64,000 nt of DNA from positions 22,413 to 86,412 of the IMG/VR virus record IMGVR_UViG_3300037067_006130, one strand, 5' to 3'. This stretch comes from a virus (taxonomy: Duplodnaviria > Caudoviricetes). Position numbers and translations under genes: made by a program. Of this stretch, positions 36,057-45,226 are shown piece by piece (positions within the stretch are counted from its first letter, which is position 1; each line of letters starts with the position of its first letter). The notes beneath the pieces are model-generated. The model was not told where the DNA came from. It made no database searches and saw only the letters and a list, made by a program, of their open reading frames with translations.

Positions 36057-37521
36057 TGCTATACAGCTCGTTAAAATTATTCATGAATACTAGTGCTGAT
36101 TCCGAAAAGACATCAATGTACTTCCAAATTTTTTTGTACTCCTGGTTTATCTTTTCGTACCGATATGTACCGTTGATCTTTCTAATCTGAAATCCATCCG
36201 CACATATTTCCTCAAACAGGTCAGCGCCATCCTTCCAAATCATATCGTGGTAATGCTCCATTCTCCAATCATCGTAGTAGCTCGATTCGTAGAATATGTT
36301 ATAGTACTGACGAATTCTATCGCGAAAGAATGTTAAAGAACATGCCGATTCGTCTATCCCACTATCATCCTCCTGACTCTCGATTAGAAAGTAGTGAAGT
36401 AGTTGTCTATCCTTACGAACCTTTTCAATCTCTTCAACAAGTAAGGCGGTTAGATTCTCTACCCTAACATTCATGACTAGGTTGGCCTTCATATGGGTTA
36501 ACCATTTTACTAAAAATCCACCTATTCGGTAGAAGTTCTCGTAATACTCCAAGCGTAACCCTTTAGAGAGCATTGTAGTCATTTTCTGTTGGGCTTTGTA
36601 GACAAACCTATTATTCGTCACCATCTCGCCATACTGCCCTGTAATCATTTGGTAGCTGGTATGATCCTGCTCACTTCTACATCGTAATAGGTAGATGAAA
36701 CTGCTATCGATATCATTATCATCATTCCCTTCCAATTCCTCTAGCCATTCCCAAAAGTCAGTCTCATCGAAGTCAACACGCTCTTTGGCCTCTTTGATTA
36801 GCTCTATCATCTTGAGCATATTCGTCTGACAACCATCGTCATCTATACCCATCTCCATCTCCATCAGCTCACTTTGCCGTTGGTCGCTAGAGAAATCGTA
36901 GATATAGGCAATGTATTCGATTGCCCAGGTAATCAGCTTAACTATTTTCTTGTAGGAATACCCTGATTCGAGCATTGATTTTCGGACTAGATCATCCTGA
37001 GCCGGAACATCCTCGTAGACGGATAGTAGTATTTTAGTACTACACCTAAAGACATCCTCTATACCCATTAGGTCAACCTTATACTCGGCTTTAAGGTACA
37101 TCTCGATATCCTTGCCAACACTCGCTTCGTAATGAGTAAGCATATCTGTCGGAATGTGTTTCTTGATTAGCTCTGAAAAAAACTGAATGTACTCCTGAAC
37201 GTTTAACTTACTCGGATCAACCTTAGAGGTTACCAAGTCTTTTTCAGTAGGACAAACTAAACGGTATACCTCGTAAACAAAGATGGCTGCTTCTCGCCAT
37301 CCTTTCGGGGTGTGTAGCTCTAAACGAGAACCCGCTAGATTATACTCTAACGGGTTCCATTTTATCTTACCACCAATAAGTTTTCTTATATCATCGTGCC
37401 AACCGGGTACATCCCGCCAGCCTCCCGAATTGGGTACTTGCTTACTTCGGGAAGTTCCAATCGGCTTTCTAATCCTTTTGAAAACTCTCTTGGCGATTTC
37501 TTGTTCTGTTGCCTCGCCCAT
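36031..37521 (-). CDS. Uncharacterised PRTRC-cluster protein (496 aa, protein F position)
   Basis: Between the Ub-like and E2-like genes; acidic helical protein. Confidence 0.55.
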   Translation of the reverse strand: MGEATEQEIAKRVFKRIRKPIGTSRSKQVPNSGGWRDVPGWHDDIRKLIGGKIKWNPLEYNLAGSRLELHTPKGWREAAIFVYEVYRLVCPTEKDLVTSKVDPSKLNVQEYIQFFSELIKKHIPTDMLTHYEASVGKDIEMYLKAEYKVDLMGIEDVFRCSTKILLSVYEDVPAQDDLVRKSMLESGYSYKKIVKLITWAIEYIAYIYDFSSDQRQSELMEMEMGIDDDGCQTNMLKMIELIKEAKERVDFDETDFWEWLEELEGNDDNDIDSSFIYLLRCRSEQDHTSYQMITGQYGEMVTNNRFVYKAQQKMTTMLSKGLRLEYYENFYRIGGFLVKWLTHMKANLVMNVRVENLTALLVEEIEKVRKDRQLLHYFLIESQEDDSGIDESACSLTFFRDRIRQYYNIFYESSYYDDWRMEHYHDMIWKDGADLFEEICADGFQIRKINGTYRYEKINQEYKKIWKYIDVFSESALVFMNNFNELYSNEKSPTRI

Positions 37522-37548
37522 CGTTTAAAGTGTCGTCTTGGATTAAAA

Positions 37549-37767
37549 CTATCCTTTTTCGCCTGCAACTGTTCGGAATTCATAGTCAACTTCGCCATTC
37601 TTCCCTTGTGTTGGACCGATTACGGTTGCGTTTGTAATTGATGGGTGCTTTCCCGACAGAATCTTTTTCACCTCAATGACTGAACCTCCGGGTAAAGGAT
37701 CTTTCTCGGTAATCTTTGTCTTACCGTCATTGATGATGAAGTTTCTTACTGCTCTTTGTAGTGCCAT
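37549..37767 (-). CDS. PRTRC protein C / ubiquitin-like protein
   Basis: 72 aa; DP.P..S..EV...S..HP.ITNAT..GP...Y.F....GEKG, ending in Gly. Confidence 0.85.
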   Translation of the reverse strand: MALQRAVRNFIINDGKTKITEKDPLPGGSVIEVKKILSGKHPSITNATVIGPTQGKNGEVDYEFRTVAGEKG

Positions 37768-37770
37768 AGT

Positions 37771-38553
37771 TTATCCCCAGTTTTCTTCTGTTTGGTCGGT
37801 TTCTGTTGCTTCGGTAGTTTCTTTAGGTTCATCAGGGTTGGATTCGTTCTGGTTGAACAACTCGTTCTTAGGAGTAGTATCAACAGCTTTACCCTTATTT
37901 ACTGTAGTCTTGGTGGTCGTCTTTGCGGCATCCTCCTTCTTTACATCAGGTTTCTTCGCATCAGCCACTTTCTTCTCGGCTATCTTAACAGCTTCCTTCT
38001 CGAGAGATATCTTCTGCTCGATTAACGCTTGAAGATCGGCAACCTTAGCCTTAACGGAAACGAATTCCTTAATCTGAGGTAGCACGTTCATCATGATTTC
38101 CTGAGCAGTACCGAACATGGTCACATCAATACCAGGTTTAATCGTGATGAGCAAATCAATCCTCTTGGGTTGTGTAGCACTTGGAGTAAGCGTTAACTTC
38201 TCGATGATATCACATACCGATTCCCAACCTGATAGGTCGAAGATAACCCCAACTCCGGGTTTTATTGCAGCATTCCCTTTCTCTTCGGTTGGGCCTTTAA
38301 TGACTTCATTGCTCTTTTCCACAACTTTGTTCTGTTCTGTACTTGCAGCAACTTCGCTGAAGTATAGTTCAAAAGAAGATTGTTTCAGCTTTACTTGAGT
38401 TACACCATCAATGATGGTATACCCGAAGCCAATAGCATCGTTAATCTTTTCCTTTTCAAAACCATACTTCTTACCGATGGTTAACTTGTTTACGGGCGCG
38501 TTAGCGTCATCCGAATGTGAGTTTAGAACACAAAATCCTTTTACAGGTGCCAT
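37771..38553 (-). CDS. PRTRC protein E-like
   Basis: Position upstream of protein C; GTAQEI motif followed by a K/E/A-rich tail. Confidence 0.55.
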   Translation of the reverse strand: MAPVKGFCVLNSHSDDANAPVNKLTIGKKYGFEKEKINDAIGFGYTIIDGVTQVKLKQSSFELYFSEVAASTEQNKVVEKSNEVIKGPTEEKGNAAIKPGVGVIFDLSGWESVCDIIEKLTLTPSATQPKRIDLLITIKPGIDVTMFGTAQEIMMNVLPQIKEFVSVKAKVADLQALIEQKISLEKEAVKIAEKKVADAKKPDVKKEDAAKTTTKTTVNKGKAVDTTPKNELFNQNESNPDEPKETTEATETDQTEENWG

Positions 38554-38571
38554 AAATTTATTTGTTTGTTA

Positions 38572-38829
38572 TTAGAATGGACAATCATCTCTTGGACCTT
38601 GAATAACCAATCTTTGCCAAAAGTCCAAGGTCGTTATATCTACCTTTGGCTTCTCTACTATCTTGCCTGTTCTCGCGAACGTCTTTGCTTCCTCGTCTAA
38701 GGCAAGCATGGATTTTCCGATAGCCCATTTGACATAATTTTTGCCATCTGAGCTATCGAGAACTTCCTTCATCGTTTTCCCTTTAAACTTTCCGAAGAAG
38801 AAAACATCATCAAGGGAATAGATTTTCAT
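38572..38829 (-). CDS. DUF3820/ExoX-C-terminal-like protein
   Basis: FFFGKFKGKTMKEV...YVKWA. Confidence 0.65.
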   Translation of the reverse strand: MKIYSLDDVFFFGKFKGKTMKEVLDSSDGKNYVKWAIGKSMLALDEEAKTFARTGKIVEKPKVDITTLDFWQRLVIQGPRDDCPF

Positions 38830-39815
38830 TACATGAACTCTTGGTCAGGTGCTACTTCGTTTCCTGTTGCTACGAATGCCTGATTCGTTAAATCCTCAAC
38901 TGGTGTGAAATAGGTTTGATTAGCCATTTCCATCAGTACTGGATATTCCTCAAGTATCGCATCGTACCATACTTTAGGGGCATGGTAGATATTCACCATA
39001 TCCACATCGGTTGGCTTGTACAGGTTAGTACCTATATTGTATAGATCCCAAACAGTACCCAATCTCGAATCCTCCTTCAACCGCTTGTTGATATCCTGAG
39101 TTAGCACGCTCATTTGAGTCATAGTAAATGGCGCTACAACGCTACCATAGGCTTGCTCAACCGATTTACGGTATAGGTTACCTACCAAACGGTCTACCTC
39201 TGATACCTTATCAATCTCCACGCTCTTCATTCCTTCAATCATTCTAAGGTCGAATTGCTCCTTCTCTGCCATTGTATCAAGCCAGTGGTTTAACACCTCA
39301 AGCATTTTATCGAAAGGAACCTTATTCTGACCATAGGTAGTCATTAGGTTCTTACCGAATACGCACATGTTTGAGCATATCCTAACGTTTTGTCCAAAGG
39401 CCACAAGCACACCGTTCTTATTGAACGATAAAGCGATTGAGGTATTGGTATCACCTTCCCTTGCAGGGTTCACGTTAATCTTGGTGATAAGCTGGTTAAA
39501 CAGCCACTTTGATATCGGAGTATTCTCTGCAGTGTAGATACCACGTTCTGCTGAGGTAAGAATCTGTTGTGATTCTGACTTCTGCACGTAGATATTATCC
39601 AACGCATGAGGAATTCCTCTTTCGCCAAGCTGGTTGGTAATCCTATCAATCAGCTCCCATGATTGTATGGGGCGAGAAATGATTTCCCTACCATTCTGCA
39701 TACGCACGAGTTGGCTCTCGCGAAGGTGGTCCAGCGAGATTAGACTCGCCTTGCCATCACCTTCAAGTTTGTAAATAATTTCACTATTCTCCATTGGTCT
39801 CTTGAATTGATTCAA
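38829..39815 (-). CDS. DUF932-like protein
   Basis: GQNVRICSNM...WDLYNIGT. Confidence 0.6.
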   Translation of the reverse strand: MNQFKRPMENSEIIYKLEGDGKASLISLDHLRESQLVRMQNGREIISRPIQSWELIDRITNQLGERGIPHALDNIYVQKSESQQILTSAERGIYTAENTPISKWLFNQLITKINVNPAREGDTNTSIALSFNKNGVLVAFGQNVRICSNMCVFGKNLMTTYGQNKVPFDKMLEVLNHWLDTMAEKEQFDLRMIEGMKSVEIDKVSEVDRLVGNLYRKSVEQAYGSVVAPFTMTQMSVLTQDINKRLKEDSRLGTVWDLYNIGTNLYKPTDVDMVNIYHAPKVWYDAILEEYPVLMEMANQTYFTPVEDLTNQAFVATGNEVAPDQEFM

Positions 39816-39827
39816 ATGTGTAAATAA

Positions 39828-40193
39828 TTATACGTCTAACTTCGGATTTGGAATGTACGATACGTCAAACCCATCAATATTCACTCGCTTGAAAGTAGGT
39901 TGAGGGTATGCTCGTTCGTTTTCGAGCTGAGAACGTTTTACTACGAGCAGTTGATGTACGATGAAATTTAGGTTATGATGCCTATTCGTTTTCCAGCACA
40001 TATTCTTGAATAGACGATAGTACTCTTCCGCAATATACCACTGCTCTACTGTTTTACAACTAACGATTACCTTTTGCGCCTTGTTAAACGCTAGATTCAT
40101 TTCCTGATCCTTCTTAGAGTAATCTTCGGTTGGTTGGTTTTTGGAACACATATTCTTCCCTTTCCTGTTTTTTGAGAAGCGCCCAGTTATCAA
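39828..40193 (-). CDS. Hypothetical protein
   Basis: ORF in operon; the true start may be internal. Confidence 0.5.
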   Translation of the reverse strand: MITGRFSKNRKGKNMCSKNQPTEDYSKKDQEMNLAFNKAQKVIVSCKTVEQWYIAEEYYRLFKNMCWKTNRHHNLNFIVHQLLVVKRSQLENERAYPQPTFKRVNIDGFDVSYIPNPKLDV

Positions 40194-40362
40194 TGATGTA
40201 TGATTTTAGATTATCGGGTAGCTTTCCTTGTTCGTATAGGAATATTAAGTACCTAGCGGGCACATTTGCTAGTTTCTTGCCCTTGTGCGTACCGAAGGTG
40301 ATGATACTCTCATCAGTCAATTCCTCCTGTATCGGTTTGTGGTCGCTCAGTCTTGTTGACAT
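40114..40362 (-). CDS. DUF3820-like protein (second copy)
   Basis: ITFGTHKGKKLANVPARYLIFL. Confidence 0.7.
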   Translation of the reverse strand: MSTRLSDHKPIQEELTDESIITFGTHKGKKLANVPARYLIFLYEQGKLPDNLKSYIIDNWALLKKQEREEYVFQKPTNRRLL

Positions 40363-41131
40363 CTAAATGCTTTTTTAATAGTTTACTAAAATCCTTCTGT
40401 TCATCCTCTTCCAGCATGGTCAGCCAGTACCACTTATCGTTAAACGCTTTCTTATACTTCGGTGACAGATTCTTATCCTTCTTGATAAGGTCATTGAAGT
40501 TATAAAACGCGAATACGAGCAGTTCAGCTAAATCAGATTCGCTACACTTCTCAGGGAATAGCATATACCGATTATTGACGATACCCACCTCGTAGTAAAC
40601 CTCTCCATGAGTAAAGTAGGGTACGATATCCATGACAGAAACTCGTTCACCTGCAATCTTCTTGATATCAGCAATCTTCTTGGTGAAATACATGTGTTCT
40701 ACGAAAGCGGCTGATTTTCGGGTTTCATCCTTGAATAGCTCGAATCCTATCAGCTTCAGGATATCCCAATGCTTAAAGTTTTCAAGGTTCATCAATGGGT
40801 AATCCCGGATAAACTGGGCAACGGTACGAACTTCTTTAAGCATCCTTTCGAAGTGTTTTAAGGCGTTCTTTTCGTTGAGGGCGGTAATGTAAAGGAATGA
40901 GTCTTTTGTGATAATCTTGCCCTTTATCATCGGCCCTTTGGTGGCAAAGTCAAACTCTACCTGAGCATCATAAGTCGCCCTCGATATCTCTCCATCCGCA
41001 AGGTTAAGACAGAATAGGCTATGACCTGGATAGACATTCTTTGTTCCGACAAAGGTGTACTGCCGAAACTTCTCCATTTCGGACACCACTTCGATGTCCG
41101 TATGGAGTTGTTCTAGTTGATCTAATTTCAT
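40313..41131 (-). CDS. Hypothetical protein (272 aa)
   Basis: ORF in operon. Confidence 0.65.
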   Translation of the reverse strand: MKLDQLEQLHTDIEVVSEMEKFRQYTFVGTKNVYPGHSLFCLNLADGEISRATYDAQVEFDFATKGPMIKGKIITKDSFLYITALNEKNALKHFERMLKEVRTVAQFIRDYPLMNLENFKHWDILKLIGFELFKDETRKSAAFVEHMYFTKKIADIKKIAGERVSVMDIVPYFTHGEVYYEVGIVNNRYMLFPEKCSESDLAELLVFAFYNFNDLIKKDKNLSPKYKKAFNDKWYWLTMLEEDEQKDFSKLLKKHLDVNKTERPQTDTGGID

Positions 41132-41346
41132 TAGACTGCTAATTTTTTACAAACGTAAATGGGTTTAACTTTCTCCGTAAAATATTTACCTACCGACTTC
41201 TCACGAAGTAGTTGGGTATATACGCTTTTAGGTACCTTGAGGTATTGGTATATACTGTCGTTGGAAAACTTTACCTCGAGAACCATCGTTCTGTCGTCAT
41301 AGCCAATCTCGGCTATCATGTGTGATGTTACTTTAATCCTTTTCAT
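41131..41346 (-). CDS. KTSC-domain protein
   Basis: V.S..I..IGYD....LEVKF....YQY..VP..VY..L....SVGKYF. Confidence 0.9.
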   Translation of the reverse strand: MKRIKVTSHMIAEIGYDDRTMVLEVKFSNDSIYQYLKVPKSVYTQLLREKSVGKYFTEKVKPIYVCKKLAV

Positions 41347-41355
41347 TGGTTGGTT

Positions 41356-41562
41356 TTAGGATTTTGATTTATACTCTCTGCAGTAATCATTATATCCTAC
41401 GTTAAAAGCGATGGGATCGTGCTTTCGCTGGCACGTTCCGTATTTGCCATTCATGAAGTACTTCGTCTGAAGTTTACCATCCATGATGTATGATTCTCGG
41501 TCATGCTCCATCCTGTTCAGATATTACTCGTAATCATCCTTAGTGGGAGTAATGCTATTCAT
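41356..41562 (-). pseudogene. Small phage ORF with an internal TAA (41524-41526)
   Basis: MNSITPTKDDYE*YLNR...YGTCQRKHDPIAFNVGYND; the frame stays open for 55 codons after the stop. Confidence 0.6.
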
Positions 41563-42005
41563 AACATTTCCTCCGTACAATAGTAAGCAAAAATGTAATC
41601 CGCGTACTTCACGAAGATAGTAAATTTTCGATTCCTGTCAATACATATGATTGCACCACAGGCTATTCCTTCGTTGTCTACGCATTGGTAGCTGATGCAA
41701 TCCACTCCGTTTACTGTTCGGATTGAATCAGCAGCGACCTTGCTGAGGGATAACGGTTGCTGTGCGTAAATATTAATGGTATAATCACCTATAATACCTA
41801 AAACACTACAATCCTTATTCTCTTTCCATACAAAGTCTTTATTGGTCACGCTATACTCTGCAGTCGCACATGAGTACGCCCGAACACGAGTAACCTGACC
41901 AACCATAGTCGTTGCTAGTAGCAGCAACATCAAAACAAAGCTTATTCTTTTCATGATTAATTTATTAGTCATTAATACATAAATGTTTCTTTCCTCCAAA
42001 ATCAA
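41559..42005 (-). CDS. Secreted protein (signal peptide from MKRISF)
   Basis: Classical signal peptide followed by a beta-rich domain. Confidence 0.6.
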   Translation of the reverse strand: MILEERNIYVLMTNKLIMKRISFVLMLLLLATTMVGQVTRVRAYSCATAEYSVTNKDFVWKENKDCSVLGIIGDYTINIYAQQPLSLSKVAADSIRTVNGVDCISYQCVDNEGIACGAIICIDRNRKFTIFVKYADYIFAYYCTEEML

Positions 42006-42183
42006 ACTGCTTAATTCGATTATCTTTAGCGTTATAATATGTAGCCCTCTTGCCTTTTCCGGTTATGTCGCAATATTGTTCAATTTGGACCACACCCCAA
42101 CGCTCTTCAATTTCGTGCAAAATTAGCTGACAATCCTCAAAGGAAAGTTTGCTGATGTTGTGTAGTTTTTCTTTGTTAAGCAT
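41965..42183 (-). CDS. Small HTH-like protein (72 aa)
   Basis: IEQYCDITGKGKRATYY. Confidence 0.5.
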   Translation of the reverse strand: MLNKEKLHNISKLSFEDCQLILHEIEERWGVVQIEQYCDITGKGKRATYYNAKDNRIKQFDFGGKKHLCIND

Positions 42184-42236
42184 TGTATTTACTGGTTTGT
42201 ATGGATTGCACAGAATTGCATTACGTTTATATGTAG

Positions 42237-42416
42237 TTACATGCCATTGCTCGCACTAACTTTTGGCTTGTCTTTTAACTCAAATACCTTGCAACTTTTT
42301 ACACAAAACACTTCTGGTTGCAACTTGCTCATACATATCCCTGAAAAATCTGCTCGGTAATGCTTGCAAGTTATTTGCACATCCCATTTTGATTTAGGTT
42401 TTTTCATAAGTCTCAT
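42237..42416 (-). CDS. Cassette ORF, 59 aa Cys-rich (not in ORF track)
   Basis: MRLMKKPK...SASNGM*; the stop TAA lies in the GCATGTAAC core site. Confidence 0.55.
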   Translation of the reverse strand: MRLMKKPKSKWDVQITCKHYRADFSGICMSKLQPEVFCVKSCKVFELKDKPKVSASNGM

Positions 42417-42558
42417 TTTTACTTTTGCCCTTTCGCTACATCCCGCAATGGCATGTAACGATCCGGCGGTTGGGTAGTACGAAATTCTTTAATTCCTATT
42501 CACATTGTTGCGTTTGCTTGCAACAGGTACGTAACAGACAGTTAAACCCATTTAATAA

Positions 42559-42717
42559 TTAAATTTTCTTATTCTTAATTGTAATTGTAAGTAAAAACAT
42601 TAAGCAGCAGATGTATATTTTACCTTTAATATTGTCTATGAATAATCCTATCCATATATCATACCAAGCAAATGATAGTCTACATCTGCTTATTTCAATT
42701 AATTTAAAATCTTTCAT
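42559..42717 (-). CDS. 52-aa ORF inside an attC-like loop (not in ORF track)
   Basis: MKDFKLIEISRCRLSFAWYDIWIGLFID...; the WYDxWIG motif is typical of a small phage protein family. Confidence 0.6.
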   Translation of the reverse strand: MKDFKLIEISRCRLSFAWYDIWIGLFIDNIKGKIYICCLMFLLTITIKNKKI

Positions 42718-42790
42718 GTGGTATCAAAATTTTATTATTAAACGTGTTCAACCGCCGGATCGTTATAAAACATTAGCCACCGCACGGCTG

Positions 42791-43132
42791 TTAATATAAA
42801 TCTTCGCTAAATAACAAGTCAGTATCCCTATAAGTTTGCTTTTGTTCTACCGCCAATATTGCTGATTGTTTGCGGTCTAAAAATCTATCCTTACTTGTTA
42901 AAAAGCCTTGCGTGGCTTTTCCGTTTGCTTCATTCATCCTATGTGCCATACTTTCGTTGCCATTAATAATAAATGCTGTTACATAGCAATTGTGATGCCT
43001 TCTACCGCAAACTACAAAACCACTTTCGATATTCCTTGGCTGGTGTTCGTGTTTAATACCATCATCAAAATGTATTGCTGCACACAAAATGTATTCAGGC
43101 TTTTTAACATTGCTAAACAATTCCTCTTCCAT
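42791..43132 (-). CDS. Cassette ORF, conserved phage hypothetical (113 aa)
   Basis: CAAI...QP.NI..G.V.CG.RH.NC...QGFLT...F.DR...L.SEDLY. Confidence 0.75.
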   Translation of the reverse strand: MEEELFSNVKKPEYILCAAIHFDDGIKHEHQPRNIESGFVVCGRRHHNCYVTAFIINGNESMAHRMNEANGKATQGFLTSKDRFLDRKQSAILAVEQKQTYRDTDLLFSEDLY

Positions 43133-43232
43133 CGCACTTTAACGTTTTATAACAGCAAATTAAAAACATGCTTTGCTGTCTGTTGATACTATGTGCGTTG
43201 CATGTTCACGCACGATTTTTAATTTGCAGCCG

Positions 43233-43457
43233 TTATAGCCAATTAAAAGAAACCGTTGCCACATCTTTAATCTTTGATTCAATTTCAGCGTTTTCAGTTT
43301 CGTAATTCTTAATAGCTATTTCTATTTGTCTTATCCCAATGGACGTTTTCTCCCATCCATTTTCTAACCTATCTTTTAATTCCGAATATTTCAATTTTAA
43401 CGATAGCTTATTTGAGCCATATTTATCACATAGTCTGCATAGTTCTTTTATATCCAT
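43233..43457 (-). CDS. Cassette ORF (74 aa)
   Basis: Stop TAA lies within the GGCTATAAC core. Confidence 0.6.
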   Translation of the reverse strand: MDIKELCRLCDKYGSNKLSLKLKYSELKDRLENGWEKTSIGIRQIEIAIKNYETENAEIESKIKDVATVSFNWL

Positions 43458-43610
43458 TTGATTAAAATTAACTGGCTATAACCCGTGGTATAGTTAATTG
43501 CCGTGTTTGTACTAATTTTAAGCGTTACCACCCGCTTGTAATTTTGTGTAATTTGATAGGAAAGTAGTCCGCAATCGGCAACTAACCATACCACCACCGT
43601 TAACGGCAAG

Positions 43611-43961
43611 CTAAGCAACACCCTCCGATAACCTTTCGTTAAGCCGATTCATTTTGAAATCAACACGCTCATTTACTGGCTCTGAACCAAATATCTTTTC
43701 AGCCTGTTTAATCATTATTTTTACATCGGCAATTTCATCAATAACATTCTTTTCTTTTTGCGTCATATCGCCACGTAATCGCTTTAATTTCTGCAACGCC
43801 AATGCAAGTTCTAAGCATTCCTCAATTACCATTTCTAATTGAGCATCTATTCCCCATGTTTCAATTGCCTTATCGAGAATTTTATCATCAATAAAGCCAG
43901 CCGTTAACACGTGGTTAACGTCATTGCCTTTTTCTTCGTTGATAATGTTCTGGTTTTTCAT
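43611..43961 (-). CDS. MazG-like nucleotide pyrophosphohydrolase (cassette)
   Basis: IEECLEL...K....N..DEIADV.IM..Q. Confidence 0.75.
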   Translation of the reverse strand: MKNQNIINEEKGNDVNHVLTAGFIDDKILDKAIETWGIDAQLEMVIEECLELALALQKLKRLRGDMTQKEKNVIDEIADVKIMIKQAEKIFGSEPVNERVDFKMNRLNERLSEGVA

Positions 43962-44036
43962 GTTTTATGTTTCAATTAAAGTTTGTACTAAATTTTAAGG
44001 TCGGCAACGAACGCCAACCACCAACGTTATAAAACA

Positions 44037-44225
44037 TTAGCCATCCCGCAATAACACCTCAATTTCTTTGCGGTTTAATATTCTTTTTACCTCAGCAACC
44101 CACGCCAATACGGCTTTCTTATTTACTTTATCTATTTGTTCGGGGTCGTATAATTGTAACTTTATTTGTTTCAAAGCTGATTCAGCCTCACGCACCTTCT
44201 TATTAATTTCACTATTATTTGCCAT
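44037..44225 (-). CDS. Cassette ORF (62 aa)
   Basis: Bounded by core-site pair 44026/44246. Confidence 0.55.
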   Translation of the reverse strand: MANNSEINKKVREAESALKQIKLQLYDPEQIDKVNKKAVLAWVAEVKRILNRKEIEVLLRDG

Positions 44226-44524
44226 CGCACTTTAACGTTTTATAACAGCAAATTAAATCTATGCTTTGCTGTTGATTAATAACTAAGTTCATTGTTTGGG
44301 TCGCACATTTTTAATTTGCAACCGTTGTATGCCATTTGCCGCCAATGGTTCTTGTAACTTGAAACCTGATGAAGCGGCAAACGGAAGCCTACGCACAAGC
44401 CTCGCTCCATACAACAGGGTATATAACCAACCCTTTCTAGTTTCATAGTTTTCATTATCGCTTGATAACTAATAATTAAATATTTTTTTGCTTACACACT
44501 TTGTCTGCTATCGCAGCCATAAAA

Positions 44525-45226
44525 TTAAAAACTGCGGTCTTTCTCCATGCGTTTTAAGCAATCCAATGGGTGTTCATTTGGTAGTAATGAATAACTACAT
44601 CCAATTGTTCCACCTTTCCAACTTCTTTTTTCTTTACCGCATTCTTTTGAAAAATGAACATCAATAGTTCTATTAACTGATTTGAATAATCCAGTCCATT
44701 TTAACCATCTAGGTCTCCATTCTCTTTCTTCAACGTAAATAGTTGTAGGTATTATGCTATTGTCGTATTTATCCGTATAGTCATAAGTCCAAGATTTTTG
44801 CTTTTGTTTCCATTCTTCCTTATAAAACTCTTTGTTATTTCCTCTTGTTTCATGCTCCCAAACTTCAATATGCTCAAAAGACTCTGCCTGTACATTTTTC
44901 AACAGGATTGATGTTCTTACCCAATCTTTAGTTATAAAAGGAATATTCCATGTCCACCACTTATTACCACCATTCATATTTCCTTTTCCGCCTTTGTAAA
45001 TCCAAAAGGTATTATTATGAATAGCAATTCCCCATTTCGGAGCAACACATTCATCAGTCCATTTATTTCTAAATGGTAAAATTATTGCAAGGCGAAAAAA
45101 CACCAAGCAAATGTTTATTCGTGGTCTGTTATCAAAATAACCGCACAGTTCAAAACTTATATCAAAACTGTTGGTAAAGTAGAATATCATCCACTTATTC
45201 TCATAAATCCATTTTTCTTTTTTCAT
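44525..45226 (-). CDS. Trp-rich hypothetical protein (233 aa) inside an attC-like loop
   Basis: Flanked by an 18-bp perfect IR and the outer attC arms. Confidence 0.75.
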   Translation of the reverse strand: MKKEKWIYENKWMIFYFTNSFDISFELCGYFDNRPRINICLVFFRLAIILPFRNKWTDECVAPKWGIAIHNNTFWIYKGGKGNMNGGNKWWTWNIPFITKDWVRTSILLKNVQAESFEHIEVWEHETRGNNKEFYKEEWKQKQKSWTYDYTDKYDNSIIPTTIYVEEREWRPRWLKWTGLFKSVNRTIDVHFSKECGKEKRSWKGGTIGCSYSLLPNEHPLDCLKRMEKDRSF

